Source: Takakia lepidozioides (taxonomy: Eukaryota > Plantae > Bryophyta). Taken from it: a stretch of 64,000 bases of DNA. The DNA lies in NCBI GenBank assembly GCA_030704615.1, contig CM060731.1, positions 65,906,001 to 65,970,000 of the forward strand. Reading direction: 5' to 3'. Positions 60,059 through 64,000 of this stretch are shown here, one piece after another. The first letter of the stretch is position 1. Each line of letters opens with the position of its first letter. The notes under the pieces were generated by a model. The model saw nothing but the letters and a program-made list of their open reading frames with translations, ran no database searches and had not been told where the DNA came from. The position numbers and the translations under genes were made by a program.

Positions 60059-60789
60059 GGAGCAACCGCCTACAAATGAAACCCCCTAAATTAGTAGAGG
60101 AGAAGATCTAATCCTTTGTATGACCAAGGGGGGCGGCTGGAGATGATTATTCTGAGATAATTATGGACAATTTCAACACGGAACTCATCTTACAGCGGGG
60201 TTTGATTCTTGCTAATTAGGCAAGATTCGCACGGCAACTAGCAAGATTCAAGATTGATGAGTTCAATGTGCATTTGTTAGCAGACAAATGGACCTTCACC
60301 CACTCCAGAAATACAACTAACAAGCGGCGATGCGTAAGTGTCACTCTTGGACTTCCCTACTCCAAGATTAGCGCCGTGACGGTGTATGGACTACCCTTAG
60401 CGTCGGCCATGTGCAATGTGATGAGCTTGAATAAAGACGCCGCAAATTCGGGGTCATATCGATGAGCATTTCTCGCCGGGCTCCGGGGTTGTCACGGAGC
60501 GCCCCTGATGGGAAATGTGAATTGCTTTGCTGAGACAGTGTGTTTGTATAGAGAGCACAATAAATCAATCGTAGTTTTGGTAAACTATTTGAAGTGTGAT
60601 AAAAAAGATCGGCCCCCAAAGGAGGCGAAGCACTAAAAAAGCTTCTGAAGAATGCGGTTCCCCTCTTGGTGTCCCACCTGGGGAGAGGAAACAACCAAGC
60701 TAACTCCATCATTGAGACTCTGCATAATGAGGCCAAGTCCATTTACATGAACCTGGATTTTTGTGGGCAATCCCAACTAAGTTTAGATT

Positions 60790-60985
60790 TTGCCACAGAT
60801 TGTACCACCTCCACATTCCCATAAATTCTGCAGGCACCAAAGCAAGGCCTTCCACACCGCAGCATCTGGTTGGACAGACATTTTGTTGATGACATCCTCA
60901 GCCTCATCCAATCGCCCTGCACGGCCAAGGAGGTCCACGTCCATGCAGCCAAAGTGCTCCATTGTTGGAGTCTGGGTAAACCCCA
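60790..60985 (-). pseudogene. PLS-class PPR fragment (S2/E1 motifs), frameshifted
   Basis: [43 protein letters not shown], then a frameshift to [11 protein letters not shown]. Confidence 0.88.
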
Positions 60986-61244
60986 ACCAAAGATGAATTA
61001 CTATTAGAGGCAGATCCCTTCTTTTGTAATTCTTTTTTGGTAAGTCCTTTACATTCGCAAAATCTCCCTACAATGCCGCAACTAGAGCAACATTTGCACA
61101 TGTGAATCCACACTGCAAATCTATCAAGAAAAGTAAATGTGGTTGTCAGGTCGAAGCAAGCATAAATTATGGTGTCTCTTGACCCCAAAGAACTACTACC
61201 TTCCCGCGGAAGGTGGACACCTTTTGTCACATCCAACATTGGTT

Positions 61245-61366
61245 ACTAGTGAAGCTGTGTAAGTCCTTACTACTTGGCTAACTGTGGGTTGTCTCTATAA
61301 CCCACAAACCACTAGTGAAGCTGTGTAAGTCCTTACTACTTGGCTAACTGTGGGTTGGCTCTATAA
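61245..61366. repeat. Tandem duplication with a 66-bp period
   Basis: actagtgaagctgtgtaagtccttactacttggctaactgtgggttg.ctctataa occurs twice. Confidence 0.93.
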
Positions 61367-64000
61367 GGAACAATGAAGCGGATTCCTTTGCAAGATGTCC
61401 AATCACAGTGGGCTCGAACCCACTTGGCAGGTGACCCATGACAATGTTCAATTTCCATGGGCCGACAAGACCTATGAGAACGATCGTGGCTGATGTCTTT
61501 CAAGCAGGATGACCAAGTCAATCATTTATGTTAAAGGTGTGCTGTCCCTGCCCTGTAACATTGCCTACTCCCTACAGTCCAAATGAATCCCAGGAACAAC
61601 GCAAAGAATCAGTCTTTTTCTTGAGACCAAAGTTAGAGTAAATAAGAGCCTCTTCAGTCACTCCAGTCCCCTGTGCCCCCTTTTTTGTCCACATCATGTT
61701 AGGGAATTTCAAGTGGGATCGGAGGTGACAACAACTTTGATCAAGCCATCTCCGAGATTCATACACAGATCAAACATGATACATGAGTTGAAGATCCCAA
61801 TGCATAGACCCCGTCCTTCGGGACCCAACTAGGCTCGCACTGTGTTCTTTGAAATCACGAACCTCATGCTCTGGACAGTTGAGAATCATGTGAAAAATTG
61901 GAGTCGTGTAGGACCCAACGGACATGGTCTCCGCATTGGGATCTTCAATGGATGTTTTGAGGCTCGACAGCAAATCAAGTTCCGCCCTCGTCCAAAAACA
62001 GAAAAGCAAGTCCGGTCTTTACTGACCGCTTACTACGCAATTGTCGTTTCTCGTAAACCGCTCCTCGAAAATTCCCTTTCTAGATCTATGTAGATGCCGA
62101 TCTAGTGATCGGATTTCCCCAAGCCAGCGCTGGATTACGGCCCCCTGCCATGTAATCCGGGCAGGGTAAATTTTCGAGCGAGCTTCATGACAGGATTTGA
62201 GAACTCGTACATACCTTTGTTTGCTGAAAACATGAAAGAAGAAGCAAGGAGAATCCGCCAGCTATGATGTAGAGGTGAAGCAAACCAGCAAGAGAATGGA
62301 AACCAAACAGGTCTGGATATATTGGGTTTTGAGTTTCTCGGAATTAGCTTGACTGAAGCAAAGAATCTGGGAACTTTGGGAAGTAGTTTGTACAACTGAA
62401 GTTGCATTGCAGATCGGATTTGAGCCTGGGTGTGGGTGGCAAACTGGAGATCTGTGTGATTCAAATGATATGATGATGCCCGGGGCATTTATCTTCATCA
62501 TCTTTCATGTGTTTGACTCTGATTTGGTGTTGGACCAAGTCCCCAATGTGCCTCAGTGGAGATCTATGGTGCGTAGGTGATGTGTAGTCCCTACCAAGAA
62601 ATGCTAGTGCTGCATACATAGGGGGCAAGGGCGGGCCATAAATACCTTAAGAGTGACATGATCTCAAGCAGGACCCACCTTGGATCTACGCCTTTAGGGA
62701 GATGGCAGTTTCACGGGGTGCCATCTTGAGTGCCCAACATAGGACTATACGTTTAAGCTAAAGTACTCAAAAGTGGGCCCGAGTGGCCATGAATGCGTGG
62801 TCCCAGCTTGAGGGCTCACGACCAACAAGGCGCACACAGGATTCAAGAACAATGCTCTGCGATATTGTATATAGTTTAAAAGCATACTGCTAAAGTGGGA
62901 GTCTTTGATTGGAATTGAATAGATGAAATCGGTGGAGATAAGTTTACCAGCTATGTTCTCTACCGCATCTCTAGCTTGCAGTACACTCTTCATTGTCCTC
63001 TGTCCCTCTCTAGAAGTTTCGGACTTCAAGACAACTAAAGCTAGCACCTCAGAGTGAGGATTCGCATGTCTCAAACTGTCCAAGATTCAGGAATGGCACC
63101 CTGGAGAAGTTTCGCAACACTACCACTACACATTGTGAGTAAATGTAATGCCTGAAAGAAATGTAACTAAGAAGGAAGGACAAATAGGTGGAGAGAAATA
63201 TAGAGAGATGTACTGCGATTAAAGCAAGTCTCGTATTGAGAGTGCCTAGATGATCCTGACATTTTACAATTTGCTCTTCGCCCACTGTGTTTTAGAACGT
63301 CGGTTCAGATCCTAAACCTTTCAAACACCGAACGTCATCCTTTCCCATCGTCCTCTGTGCTTGCAGGCATATCCCCTTTATGACTACTGATCACAATTCC
63401 GTCGTTGAGTCGTTGTCCATATTTGTGTTACGATATCGAATGGTATGACCTAGTCCTACTACTACCCTGTAGCCCGAGAAAAATCCTTCAGCAACGAACA
63501 AGAATGTGTTCGAGGTGGGGATCGTAGTGCCGATTGAGCACATACATCACCTACGAGTAAATCAGATGAGAAGCAAAGGAAGTTGCATTTCATCAATTGA
63601 TGTACCTGAAGTTGGCTGATGAGATGCGCGAGTACTGATCAACCTGCCATACTAGTACCCTTGCACAACCACTTGCGAGGTCAAGGATCTTAAGCTTCTT
63701 TTAAGCTTCTTTCCATTACCAGCGAAGGCATGGATGGACAGTAGGCTCTACTCTGTAAAAAGCACATGTTGGTCTCAATCCAGGTAAGTGAGATCTACTC
63801 TAGTAATCAGAATGGAACTAAATTGGACCACTTACATTCTGAGTCAAGCAACCACTGTTATTCAATGGTCGGCTGTGGAACATCCTCCCATATTTGCACA
63901 CTGCACTCTAGATATCCAACTACCTCCAGGTATCCCCCACAAGCCAAAAGTGTCCTCAATTCTATGGTGAATTGTCTTTCATGAAGAATAACCTTCACGT

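Noticed and set aside
62528-62739. Possible solo LTR (TGTTGG...CCAACA with a TATA-like motif)
   Set aside because: Flanks TTTGG and TAGGA give no TSD; no PBS, PPT or second copy in the window.
61572-64000. Short ORFs near the right end
   Set aside because: No recognisable homology or consistent gene structure; likely decayed repeats.

Overview
Eukaryotic, intron-rich DNA from a land plant with flagellated sperm (bryophyte/lycophyte/fern grade, inferred from an axonemal dynein next to a PLS-class PPR fragment). It contains: (1) a complete 6-exon RBM26/RBM27-like gene (PWI, CCCH, two RRMs; 2427-8333, +); (2) an inverted, N-terminally truncated paralogue keeping the last three exons with intact splice sites (9833-11373, -), tail-to-tail with the parent and head-to-head with the dynein; (3) a ~38 kb, roughly 40-exon, apparently intact but very divergent single-headed inner-arm dynein heavy chain, DNAH1-like (12962-51368, +), whose AAA1 sensor-I Asn is Lys; (4) about 20 fragments of one RTE/RTEX-type LINE family with (CATTT)n tails, seen only in dynein introns and often stacked head-to-tail; (5) a tRNA-derived SINE-like family with a structured tail; (6) a decayed L1 LINE, a hAT MITE with an 8-bp TSD, a PPR pseudogene fragment and unidentified decayed sequence at both ends. 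Exon boundaries and similarities were read by eye; no searches were run.
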